This document shows positions 23,631 through 35,871 of a DNA stretch of 64,000 nt, one piece after another. How positions within the stretch are numbered: position 1 is the stretch's first letter; the number at the start of each line of letters is the position of its first letter. Source of the DNA: Antedon mediterranea (lineage: Eukaryota; Animalia; Echinodermata); NCBI RefSeq assembly GCF_964355755.1, contig NC_092680.1:3286001-3350000 (forward strand). Reading direction: 5' to 3'. The notes beneath the pieces are model-generated. The model did not search any database and was not told where the DNA came from. It saw only the letters and a list, made by a program, of their open reading frames with translations. Position numbers and translations under genes: made by a program.

Positions 23631-25782
23631 TGCTGAAAACACCTCGGCGATACCTCAACTGCACGCACATAAATAAATAAATCTGGATAGAGGCCTCATA
23701 TAAATTGCATCAGTTAAAAGAAAACAAGCAAAAACAAATGCCAAATACAATATGCATATACATTCAAGCAAATTTGGCCTCACAATACAGTTTTCATAAT
23801 ATTCATTCAAGAACACAAAGAAGTACAATATTTCCGGGATTGTTTTCGTGAAAGAGTATTAGTGTAAACACTTGCATTGAACAACAAAGAATGTAATACC
23901 GACGTAATGATAATGACTCATTCATTGATACAGTAGGCTAGTAATATTTATTTAGTAGGTCCTTGTAATTGCAATGTTTATTTCCCGGTTTATTTCTATT
24001 TTTCTTGTCGTTTGACAAGAATTAAATTATATGATAAGGTATAATAATATATTAAACCTAACCGAGGCAAAAATTAATACTCTGCACGCTTTCTTTATCC
24101 ATTTGTCTCAGGCTGCGGATTGTTGTCTGCGTATGAGTCAACTTCGACCGCATGCCTGCATGCTTGAGTGGGTCTGAGTTTGCGCACTTAATGCAATTCT
24201 ATCAAGGACAAAGGGTATTGTTATGATTTTTGTTACTGAGCGATGCCGATTGAGGTTGGATAAAGAGGTTTGTTTTGTGGTATTATTGTTTTTGTAAAAA
24301 GGCGGCAGCTGAATTAACACATTTCAGTACCTTGGTTCTTTTATCCATGGTTTATGCAACCAGTGAGTACCACGAGAGCCATTTTATTTCCGTGATTAAG
24401 ACGTAAGTATGCTACTAAATCTATTGCGTTTTGGTTGGGCCTAACCATTGAGTAACCTACAAGAAAGGCTCGAGTCACTATACGTACATGTAATGATTAG
24501 ATAGGGATTCTCATCTAACTGTATGTTATGGTCTGAACAGCAACGAGACATTTCGAAGCTTAGCATGATGGAGAACTTCCCAATGCATGTACTGTTATGT
24601 ATTATAATATTCTGCTGTTTTTACTAATTACAATAAGAAAGATGTGCTCTCATATTATTCATTATTTCACTGTGACAAGAAAGAAAGAAGCACACAATGA
24701 TCTAAGCTGTACAATAAATCAATACTCATGAATATTATGAGGTGTATAAAAATGGTGAAATGAAATGTTGAGCAGCTCAATCTTATGTTTTATCTTTTGC
24801 ATTATAAATTTCAAAATTTAGGGGAAGTGGGTCAGCTTTGGTCCCATTTTTAACTTAATTTTGTTACCATTCCTTGATTCCTCGATTTGAGACCTATTTT
24901 TTTTTCTTATTTTTATGTATCATTTTAACATTGATTACCGAATAAAGAATCCCATGTGAAGCTCATAAAGGTTAACACCACATATAAAGTCATATCAATT
25001 TTAATGTGCAAAAGAGAAACTGTAACCAACGAGTGATAATTCTAAAATAATTATTTATGTGTACAGTAAATACAATAGACTTGCTCCAAGTCTGTATTGT
25101 TTTTTTAAATAATTTATTTGTTTTTATTTCGACCGCGATTTTTGTCTGAAACTCAAGTAATACACGTATGAAACGCCATATGTGCAAAAATGTTTATATT
25201 TTTACTAATATTAAGAAAAAAACTCCGTCTGGAGCCCAAACTATAAATACAATAACATTAGCATGAAATGAATCTCCATATTACTGATACGTCATGTACC
25301 TGCACATACCTCTGGCACAATATCAAGTCATTCCTCTACATGACATGTTCTTGTGAATTATATGGAAGCCTATTAGTGTTATTCTAATGACAAACTCTAC
25401 TCCCAAAGACTTGTAATAAGACTATGAGAGAGAGAATCTTGTGTATATGTTTGTCTTGTGAACAGGATTTTCACCTTTAAGAAGGATAGTGAATGAATTC
25501 GCTTATGGTATCCTTGGCAATTTGCCTAAATATATAATTAAAAACAATTATGTAATTGTCTTTGTGGTTTTTTTTTTTTACAGATTTTGTACTTTTGATG
25601 TGTGATTGATGATGACCTTTCAAGCTCCTGATTGGCCAATTCATGGTCTGTCATAGAAACTGAGAAACAATTTTGTCACTGTTGTTGATAATTTAATCAT
25701 GTTTCAGTAGACACATTGTATAGTGGACACTTTTGAATCTGGTGTATCATTTGTAGAATTATTAACTCAACTATTCAGTAAA

Positions 25783-26550
25783 ATGACTTACAATTTTAGT
25801 TGCAATTATATCGACGAGCCTCCAGTACGAAACTTTTGTCCAGACAACTGGACTTGGGATCTAGAAACCAAGTCACACGAGTGCCGATTGGAAGGTGTTG
25901 CCTTTCGCAAGAGTTTCTTTCATCCTAATTGGTCAAATGGTACAGCCGGCGTCCGTGGCACCAAGCCCCTCAACGGAGGACGTTATTATTGGGAAATTTA
26001 CATAAACAGTCGTGTGTTCGGAACGAGCATGATGGTTGGTATCGGAACAAAACAAGCGAGGACGCACGTTGATGCCTTTGTTAATCTTCTCGGTGAAAAT
26101 AATATGAGCTGGGGTTTGTCCCACAAAGGACTGATTTGGCATAACGGTACGTCACAGATATACACTAAACCGTTTACCGAAAACAAAAGTACGACAATCG
26201 GCGTTTACTTCGACGGTATGCAGGGAACGCTAAGCTATTATCAAGATGGCGTGTTTATTGGTGTTGCTTTTGATGGCTTAGATGCGGTGACGGAGGAAAT
26301 ATATCCGATGATTTCGTCGACGGCAGCAAAAACAATAATGACTCTAGCATCAGCATGGCGTGAAATGACGACGTTGCAGGATCGATGTCGAATGGTTCTC
26401 ATGAGAAATTTAAAAGGATCTTCACAAGACGTAGAAAATCTAAACTTACCGAGAAGCTTGAAAGCCTATTTGTGCGATTTAAATAAAATTAAAATAGGAT
26501 ATGTTCCTGACCATTATAACTCTGGTGTCTGTTTGAGAGAACAGTCGTAA
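25783..26550 (+). CDS. SPSB3: SPRY domain-containing SOCS box protein 3-like, single coding exon
   Basis: First in-frame ATG at 25783 (the track's start at 25723 is GTG). SPRY motifs FHPNWSNGTAGVRG, YWEI, VFGTSMMVGIGT, SWGLSHKG and YPMISSTAA, then a C-terminal SOCS box TLQDRCR...LNLPRSLKAYL. Confidence 0.88.
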   Translation: MTYNFSCNYIDEPPVRNFCPDNWTWDLETKSHECRLEGVAFRKSFFHPNWSNGTAGVRGTKPLNGGRYYWEIYINSRVFGTSMMVGIGTKQARTHVDAFVNLLGENNMSWGLSHKGLIWHNGTSQIYTKPFTENKSTTIGVYFDGMQGTLSYYQDGVFIGVAFDGLDAVTEEIYPMISSTAAKTIMTLASAWREMTTLQDRCRMVLMRNLKGSSQDVENLNLPRSLKAYLCDLNKIKIGYVPDHYNSGVCLREQS

Positions 26551-29067
26551 AACACGTCTGATGATCTGTAACTGTGACATAACCACTAATTAGGGCGCTT
26601 TTGATTGGCGTTGACATACTGTAGGGCTTAATTATGCATTTGTTTATTCGTTTGTCCCCAAGTCGTCGACTGTACACCCAAAAAAGATTAAAAGGCACAT
26701 TCTGTGAATGTCAAAAGTCATCTGCACCTAGTATTGACCAACTTAAATCAGACTTAGACGACAAAAATTGACAAACAAACTAAACATATGCAAAGAGTGC
26801 CTACACATGACATCATCCTACAGTAGCTCATAGCAAAATCAAAAGCTCACATTAATTTACATAAGATTTTGGAGTTTTGTATAATTTGTATCAGTAGTTA
26901 TAGTTGGTCACAAAAAATTACCGTTCCACCTGGCCTAAAAAAAAAATTGTATTTATGTGTTGTGCATAATTTTTGTTAATAAATTTGGAATTCATAATTT
27001 TTAAGGAAACTAATTAAAAAGGATAGCAGGCGCTTCACTATATTGTTGATATGGCTACTGTAGTGTTCACTTTTTGAGAATTGTAAAAAAAAAAAGACCC
27101 ATTATCCAATATTAGCCTTTCTGGTAACTCCCTTTTTGGCCTCATCAACCGTTTTCTAAATAGACGGAAAAAACAGGGTAAAACTAAACTGGTTATTAAT
27201 AATGGTCAAACTCAATAACCTTTTTGTTTGTTAATACACTTGCATACTTTGAAAGCATTTATTTATTTTGCAACAATAGAAATTCTCTTCTTTTTGGTAG
27301 ATTCTGAAATCAGCAATACTGGTAGTTAAACACTATTTAAAAAAGAATGGTTATTATTATATATTGTTCACCATATAATAATACAAGTGCAATTGGATAT
27401 GTAGAGATATTGAAACACATTCTGATTGATATTTTTTCCATATTTGTGTTGTTGATTAACAATAGCATATTAATTAAGATGAGATTTGTTAACAAACCAA
27501 TAGTAAATGTTGTCCAAGGTAATGTACTAAACTTGTGTACATATTAGTAGTGAGTGTGTGCAATAAATTTATGCATACGTAGGTATGTTAAGTAGCAGCA
27601 TACCATGAACCATATGTATAATTGTCGTTTTGATTGCATTGACAATTGCCACTTTTCATATTAGTAAAAAAAAAAAAAAAAATATAGTTCCACTATTGGA
27701 TTTTCCCATTGTTTGTAAATGCCACTTGGAATCGTTATTAAATATGCTTTATAGTCACTGTATTTGTGTTTTATATTATATGTATGGCATTTTGAGAGAT
27801 CCTAAAAGAAATATGGGAGAGTTTATTCGAGTGTGACCAAACTGTAGAGGGTGCTATCATTTCTTGTGTAGTGTAGTGGCATATGCTATTTGCATTGTGC
27901 AAAATGTTTTCTTTTTATACCAACAATCTGGAGAAATTGCAGCTTCAGATTTTCAACCATAGATGGTTATACATTAATATATCATGTGACGAATTTAACT
28001 GTTGAATACTTGAAATGTCCGCGGCGTACACTAAATCACGATACATTTTACTATAATTAACTGAGTGCAACAGTGCTTTGATTCGCAGGTGGTTTAATAT
28101 TTGTGTGTAATCAAATATCCGATATTATATATTAATTTTATTTCCTGTACAGCAAGTAGTCTTTGATGCCGAGTTAATAATAACACACAACAATACAGTA
28201 ATAAAGTTGCAACACAGTCAAGCAAAATCCACTTCGATGAATTTAATTGATATGAAGATGCAAATATGACAATAACGTGGCCGTAATTACAGGCAAACAA
28301 TTCATTTGAAAAGTACACTATGTATTAGTGAGAAATGGTCTGTCTATTTGTATTTTTATCATTTTGGATTATTTAAATTACAAAATCTGAATTAAAATTA
28401 TTATGACAATAATTTCACACAGAATATGATTTTTTTTAATTAACATATAAATTATGTATCCACAGCATCTGTTGAAGTAATGGTTACATTTATGTTTTCC
28501 AGTTTTGAATGTACTGTATGGGCATTGTTTACATTGATTTAAATTTTATATCTACAGCATCAGTTGAAATATTGGTTAAATTCAAGTCTGTGACGCATTT
28601 CCTTAAATAGCTTAGTTCTATTAAAGTGCTATTTTTAAACCATTAGAACCTTCATTTTCACCAGATTATCAGTACGGTATAGATATCCATATGATAATTC
28701 TGTAATACAACATTACATATATCTCCTAGTATCATAGACAATAGCCTAACCTTTATCCTACAACCTTACATGATACAGCAGAACATGTGATACACATGAG
28801 AAGCTGTATTGAGATGAGATACTATGATTCTGTGCAAATATAGCACTGAGAATCTGCCATCCTTTACTGTAGGGCCTTGATAAAATTACAATCTCAGATT
28901 TTAGTCACATCCATTTTCATGTCATTTTAGACGAAACCAAGATTATGGAGTTTTGGAAATGTTTAATCTAAAGTATACCATATACCATGGTATAATAAAT
29001 AACTAGTGTTAGATTAGGTGAGTTTTAGTTTATTATGAATTAATTTTTCTTGTCTTATCTGATTTTT

Positions 29068-32000
29068 TCATTCTTTCGGTTGAAGAGCTTCTGCCATAAA
29101 TAACTTGCCAAAGCTTTGTGTAGCAAATCTGCTGATCTCATCACAATGCTTCTTCATCTGTCCAGATATAAGAAGACTGTCTAAGCGCGATGGTACAGCT
29201 GGTCCCTTCTGCTTACTTAAGTCTTCCTCTGGTAGTGGAGGAAGACCCTTTGCTGCTCTCGCCTCGTTCTCTTGTTTCTAAGATTCCAAGTTTAAAATTT
29301 AGTTTGAAATAATCTCAGTATGCAACAATATTCTTTTAACTATATGTTCTGTCTACACTATCAAACTTTATGTGACAAAAAAAATGTGATGTGCCCATGT
29401 ATGGACATGATGTCATATCACTACCATATTTGGGAATTTCACTACCATTATTTGGGCACATCACACTTGTTTTGTCAAACTAGTTTAATAGTGTAGACAG
29501 AGCTTTAGACATAAAAACTAGAGATGTTTAATTTTGACCATGGTGGAATTGCTAGTCTAGGCATGGCACATTCTGCTAGAGTAAGATTTTTCTACCTAGG
29601 ATATATAACATGTTATATTGACTGGGTAAAAAGGATCAGTCAGATGACATTTCTACCAATTATGTTCATATATTTGTAAGGCTATGTAATACATAAACAA
29701 CATACCCTTTTGTACACCTGTTGATGTTTATTGGCATTTATCTTGTATAGCGTTCGTTGATAGTTTAAAAATTTCATTGTTTCTTGGTTAATGTCATCTA
29801 GGCAATCCATCAACAATTCCATGTTCTTTTCCAAAACATTGCTGAAAGAACAATTCATTAGTAGTAGCATCAATATCCAAAATGATACAATATCTAAATT
29901 ATTTGTTTGTATTGATGATCTGAGCTGCTATACAAATAATGAATGTTTTGAGTTAAAATGGTGAGAATATTTCATGAGTTCAGATGGACTTTTCAATTTA
30001 ACGAGGCAGAGCTAGGCTTAATAGACAGGCTTTAAATGATTGAAAACATTCTCCTATATAATCCTTTTATTTTATCACACACCTACTATATAATCAACTG
30101 ATTTCCTCACTACCATAGGCCATTTAAAAATGCAGTGCTTAACATTTTAGCCGAATATTATTCCAGACAATTGCAGAAAATTCTCAAAATGTTTACAAAC
30201 AGTGGAATGTGCAATAGGATCATTAAATAGTTTTCTGACTGAATGTCATATGACACAAAATTAACCAATCCGACAGTAAAAATACCATCAGGTGTGTTAT
30301 ATAGATCTTACAATCTAATAAAAATATATTTTCCAAAGTATTTTCAGGATTTATAAAAACAATCTTACCCAGTGGCTAGGTTGAGAAATGTGTCGCCACA
30401 AGGTGGTGATTTCTCCTCCAGTTCACACAGCATTATGTTGATAAGATGCGAATTACGGATGTTCACCGGTATCTCTTCAAACAGTTTGTCATAAGTAAGA
30501 CCATTCTTTTTGGTACTACAATTAACAAAATAAAAATTGTTATTGAAAATAAAAAACTTTCTACTGTATTAATGTACATCTATGTACATCAACCTTGTTT
30601 ATAGAAAGTCTATGCACATCATCATTAAACTTGTTATCACCAGTCCTGTTATTCTCTTTACAATGTCCACAATTGCATCTATATTTGTTATTCACACAGA
30701 GAAAAAGACCTGGGAAGGGAGAGAGACCTGGGGAAAGAGACAAACCTGGGGAGGAAGGCAGACCTGGGGAGGGAGACCTTGGGAGAGACACAGACCTGGG
30801 GAAGGGGACAGACCTGGGGAGGGAGGCAGACCTGGAGAAGGGGACAGACCTTGGGAGGAAGACAGACCTGGGGAGGGAAATAGACCTGGGATAGGAAACG
30901 GACATGGGGAAGGAAACAGACTTAGGGAAGGAGACAGACCTGGGGAAGGAAACAGACCGACAGAATTTGACTAAGGATAATACTTGTAGAAGTTTATGTT
31001 GGTACTGTTCTCCAATAAGTGCCTGTACTGGCAATTATTTACCATTCAGGTGAAAAGTCTTGTTCCCTGTATGTTTCCATTGCTTGAGGTGTTAAACGGT
31101 ACGCTTTTAGGCTAAGACTTCCTTTTGCTGTCTTTATTGGATCTAAAGGGGAAAAACAATTTGTAAATTAAACATTGCATTTGCACCCATAAAAGAAACA
31201 ATTTTTAAAGTTCACAGTAAAGTTTAATCCATTTTCACACTTTGCTTTTATCCATGCAAGATTCTCAAGAACATTATTTCTCCGTCAAGAAACTTATAAG
31301 GTATTAAAAGACAGAGCTTCTATAATAAGGGGACACATTTATGATTGTCTTTATTTCTAAACCAACATCCTAACAAATGTGTTACATTATATGCATTCAT
31401 TCATCAGTGCAAAATTACTTCTATTTATTGTCATTTGCATATAAAATATACATATAAATTATATTTGTTCCGAGATATACAAAAAAAGATAAATAAAAAA
31501 CCACCAAAAACAATTAACATCACTCTGGTACGGTATACTGATAAGCATTCATTGGCCGAATACATGTTATTATTAACTATGGTGACCCAATTCTTACCAT
31601 AAATGAGGACAACAGATTCTTCTATAGAATGTTGGTAATTAAATTGTGAGTCTAACAACTCTTTGTTTAGAAACGTTCCATAGTGAGTGGACTGGTACCA
31701 GCCTACATGAAGATGGTCAATATTCACGTGTCGTAGGTTTCTCATCATCTCCATCTGGTATTGAACTAAAATAAGACAAATATGGTGGTGATATGCCCAA
31801 ATATGGTAGGGATATGACATCATCATGTCCATATATGGGCACATCATATTTTTTTTGTCACATAAAGTTTGATGTTATGTAGACAGATCTTTAAAGACAA
31901 TTTATACAGTGTAGGTACAATCAGGATGAAGCAGAGTCTATATTTTTAAGGAATTATGATTTATTAATTATACAGATTGTTGCCGTTATGTACTTGATAC

Positions 32001-32877
32001 ATAAATATTTTCATTCTTTACTATATTTATTTTACAATTAATATGTCGTCGTTACCTTCATCAAAGTCTTCATCGTCGGTGTGCTTCGGGAAGGGAAAAC
32101 AATTTGTTATTTCAAGAGTATCCTTGGCAACAAGACCAAGCAGCACCCCTTGTACAAGTTCACCGGTGCATCCTCCTTCTTCTTCACAATGCTTAACAAT
32201 CTTGAGGGCAACCTGTAAACAAGAATTACATATAAATTAACTCTCTCTGTGTACCTTGGCAGCGTATATAGTGATGACAACATCGTGTCAAATCTGCTGT
32301 ATGCCAGGTCAGCACTGTCAGAGTTGTTACCATACAGTAAGCATTCCAACCCGCCCAATTCCTACCGAATTTTAATTAATTAACAAAATCTCCCCAAATT
32401 TTGGTTCTAGCTAGGCTAGGCCTAGATAAAAATCTTAAAAACATCTTCTTTTTTATAACACAAACACAAGTTTAATTGTTGTAAATTATGTAATTCTTTT
32501 TTTAAAGGTTTTTTTTTGTATTTTTAAATACATCCAGCAGCGGAGAAGCGAGGCCTAGCCTTCTTGACTAGGCCTAGCTTAGTACGGATCCGCTTAGTAC
32601 TACTACTAGCTAGTAGGCCTAGTAGGCCTCTTCTTTTCTGCGCGCCTCCCTTCTTGCCCGCCCTTCTTAGTAGGCTTTGCTTTTGATTAATATGCCTAGC
32701 CTATCATCATATTTTACGTATTGAACAGCAATACGACTCATCTCTACAACCTATACACGAGTTTACTAAACTATTAAGTTAACTTTCCATTAATAAATAC
32801 ACTAAAAAACGACATACTAAGCCATCAATCTGTACTTGAGATACAGGCTGGTCCAACGTGCTCACGACGGCTGCCAT
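29068..32877 (-). CDS. EIF3H: Eukaryotic translation initiation factor 3 subunit H, 7 exons
   Basis: Motifs VQIDGL|[54 protein letters not shown] and [12 protein letters not shown]. Exons ~32818-32877, 32056-32212, 31598-31765, 31043-31143, 30369-30516, 29707-29842, 29068-29277. Confidence 0.95.
29346..29504. mobile_element. MITE family A copy
   Basis: Both TIRs present; eIF3h last intron. Confidence 0.85.
30705..30960. repeat. 18-bp purine-rich minisatellite (AGACCTGGGGAAGGAGAC-like), ~14 units
   Basis: Direct tandem repeats in an eIF3h intron; explains the repetitive ORFs at 30561-31034. Confidence 0.9.
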
Positions 32878-33715
32878 TTTTTTCACTTCTTCGACATCCT
32901 CTTCCCACATATTTAAAATAGTTTATAATATTCAAAAAAGTTTATTTTTTCATATTAAAGTCAATTTGTATAGTATTTAATCTTTTTAAAATTAGTAAAT
33001 AATTTCTTCTGTTATATTTTAGCTGAACTATTTTTTTTATTAGTTTTTATACTTTTAAAAGGTTAAATGTCAAACACATGTGCTTCACTGTTCGTTTGTT
33101 TTTGTGTTTCGCGGAACGTCGATCTCTAGTTTTGGTTATTAATTTGATTCTGTTTGTTGCAATTGATTGCAATTATTAATGTCAGTGTTTAATTAATACG
33201 TGTAGAGACGCCTATTAATAGCCATATAGAACTAGGCCTCTAAATAAGCTAGTTTTAGTTTATCTTAGCTAGGCCTATGAACTATGATGGACGGTCTACC
33301 TAGATAGCCGGCCACGAACAATCTTTTCGGGCCGGCTGCCCTCTTCCTTCTAGGTAGTGATGTGAGTCCTCGACCTAACTAGTCTCGTAGACCTACGGTA
33401 GTAGGGTGTGCGCTGTGCAAAGAGTGTGTAATACTACTGTACCCGCAAAAGTCTTGCTACACCTTCTATCTTATGATTTTAGACATAGTAAGGTGTTTAA
33501 TTTTATAATTAATAATATTTAATAATTAACATTATATTTTAATTAAATAATTTCATGCCAGTCACCCAAAATAACTGTTCAGTAAATTATGTTTTGGTGG
33601 GCAAAGTGGATATTTAATGTTTCCAAAAGCTAGTAACCAGTTTATTAACATTTTTTAAAACAAATATTTTTACCTCTCCCATTTTCCTCCCATTTTCTCT
33701 CCCAGTAGCAACAAA
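32878..33715. promoter_or_regulatory. Probable bidirectional promoter for eIF3h and UTP23
   Basis: Divergent ATGs ~840 bp apart. A pyrimidine tract + CAG just before the UTP23 ATG indicates a 5'-UTR intron. Confidence 0.6.
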
Positions 33716-35344
33716 ATGAAGGTTAGACGATACAAACATGCAAGACGCTTTTTGTCATTTTATAAGAACAACTACCAGTTTCGAGCACCTTACCAGATTC
33801 TCATTGATGGTACATTCACCAATATGGCTCTACAGTACAAAATCAATCTCAAAGAACAGATACCAAAATATATTGGAGAAGAAGTTCAGGTACTTAAGCA
33901 CTTGATTGCATTATGGTTATGATGATTTACAGCATTGGGGAGCTTAAGATTTGAGAGACAAAATCGAGAGAATTAACAGACAGCGGCAGGGGACTAGAGT
34001 GCGCTTTCAGTCTTAGCTGCTAAAAATGCATTTTTATTTAAAGACATGTCAACACAATTGATGACTAGCCTCCTAGATTTGTTATAGACTGAAAAGTAGT
34101 AGTGTATTCTGTGCTTATAATATGCATCATATCATTCACAGATTGAATAGAAAGCTACCTACCATTGAGTTAACTCCATACACAGGTGGTTCAACTACTG
34201 TATTTACTCAAACCAAATATTGAGATATCTTAACATGATAATTTATTTTTTTTTAAGCTTCTCACTACCAATTGCGCAATATCGGAAATGGAAAACCTTG
34301 GGAGTAAATTGTATGGCGCCATGTCAATCTTAAAACGGTTTAAAGTGCGGAAATGTGCACATCACGGTAAACCTGTCGGTGCGTCAGAGTGTCTATTGAG
34401 CATGCTAGTGGACGGTAATCAGCATCATTATTTTATTGCAACTCAGGTAGGCTAAAGATGTTGGTTTCATTGGTTTTCCACTGATCACGTGATTGTACCT
34501 AATGTAATAATATGTCTGGTGACTCCCTAGGAAGTGAAAAAAAGATTGTGGGTATATGGTGGATAATTTTTGCTGTAGCACAAAAATAAAAATCTGAAGT
34601 TGAATAAAAATACCAGAAACATAAAATTAAATTATATTATCTATATTAAACCATCTGAAAACATTTTTTACCGTGTCACAGTTTATTTTTCATAGTATTT
34701 TAAAATTGCCTCTCTCTATTTACAACAGTTGTGTTTAAAAGAATATAGATTTTACTGTGTAATTTTAACTATCTCCCCCCCCCCCCCCCCACTGCCTGGT
34801 AAGAAAGTGCTTATTTTCAACGAGATTGTGTAACACAAATAAAATTCCAACAAATATACCTTCAATCATAGATTTTATGTGCTTTATTTATTTTATTTGT
34901 ATGTCTGTTTGAAAATACATTGTGATAAGTGTATAGTACAGTGATTCCAACCAAATTGTTTCTTTAACTCACTAGGATCCAGATTTATCAAACCAATTGA
35001 GAAAAGTTCCAGCCGCACCTTTGCTGTATATAAACTTCAACGCCATTGTATTAGAAAAACCGTCACTTGTGTCCCAAAAAACTGCAGACAATAAATTAAG
35101 CAATAAATTGGCACCTTCAACAGAGGAAAAAGACACTCTTAAGAAATTAAAACAAAGATTCTTGCCGCAAGCTGAGAGAGTTCGTTTTAAAAAGAAAAAA
35201 CCTAAAGGACCAAACCCATTGTCGGTTAAAAAAAAGAAGAAACGAAGTGAAGGAAACATTGTAAATAAATTGGGAAGTGAGGGAAGCAAAAGAAAAGGAA
35301 GGCAAAGAAGGAAAAGAGCTAATTTACCAAAGTTGACTGATTAG
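33716..35344 (+). CDS. UTP23: rRNA-processing protein UTP23 (Fcf1/PIN family), 3 exons, 243 aa
   Basis: Exons 33716-33889, 34258-34446 and 34976-35344. Motifs FRAPYQILIDGTF, KCAH, YFIATQ|D and KKKKPKGPNPLSVKKKKK. Confidence 0.95.
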
Positions 35345-35519
35345 AACATTTAGATTGTCTAGAGCACTAAACAAAAGTATTGACAATCAATCAATCAATC
35401 AATTTTTTACAACTATTAAGCCGAGACACTATTAATATTTGTTTTGATAGAGTTTAGCTTTATGGCATAAACTCCTGTCTGATTAGAAATAACATTTTAT
35501 TCAATAGTGTGCTGTATGA

Positions 35520-35636
35520 AGCTCTGTCTACACTATCAAACTAGTTTGACAAAAAAAGTGTGATGTACCCAAATATGGTAGTGATATGACATCATCATGT
35601 CATTGTGGGCACAATTTTGATAGTGTAGACAGAGCT
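35520..35636. mobile_element. MITE family A copy
   Basis: Both TIRs present, between the 3' ends of UTP23 and the GPCR. Confidence 0.85.
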
Positions 35637-35871
35637 TTACCTCAGTGTCTTCAACTTCAAACAAGTAATATTTTTAATCAAATGGCAAATCTAACACAAT
35701 AATATCACATAACTCATAAAATTTACAAAAGTGTTGATAAAAGTTTAAATCGCCCAGCAAAAGAATAATTTGAGATCTTAAATAAAATGTTCAAGAGTGA
35801 AATAGATATTTTTGTTTTTGTACAAAGCCGAGTTACACAGTACATTGTTTTATGCAGTATGGTAAACAACT

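Noticed and set aside
28772-28855. Two small hairpins separated by AGATGA
   Set aside because: No terminal ACA box and not in an identified intron; insufficient support.
30561-31034. PRSVSF/GEGDRP repeat proteins
   Set aside because: 18-bp minisatellite within an eIF3h intron; no gene context.
32240-32345. H/ACA-like stem (CTGTATG...CATACAG) in eIF3h intron 1
   Set aside because: No H box and only a weak second hairpin.
34955-34975. U12-type branch-point-like TCTTTAAC before UTP23 exon 3; other RTATCCTT hits at ~9755, ~25508, ~40794 and ~46980
   Set aside because: The matching donor is GTAGGC (U2 type), and no RTATCCTT coincides with an identified exon boundary.
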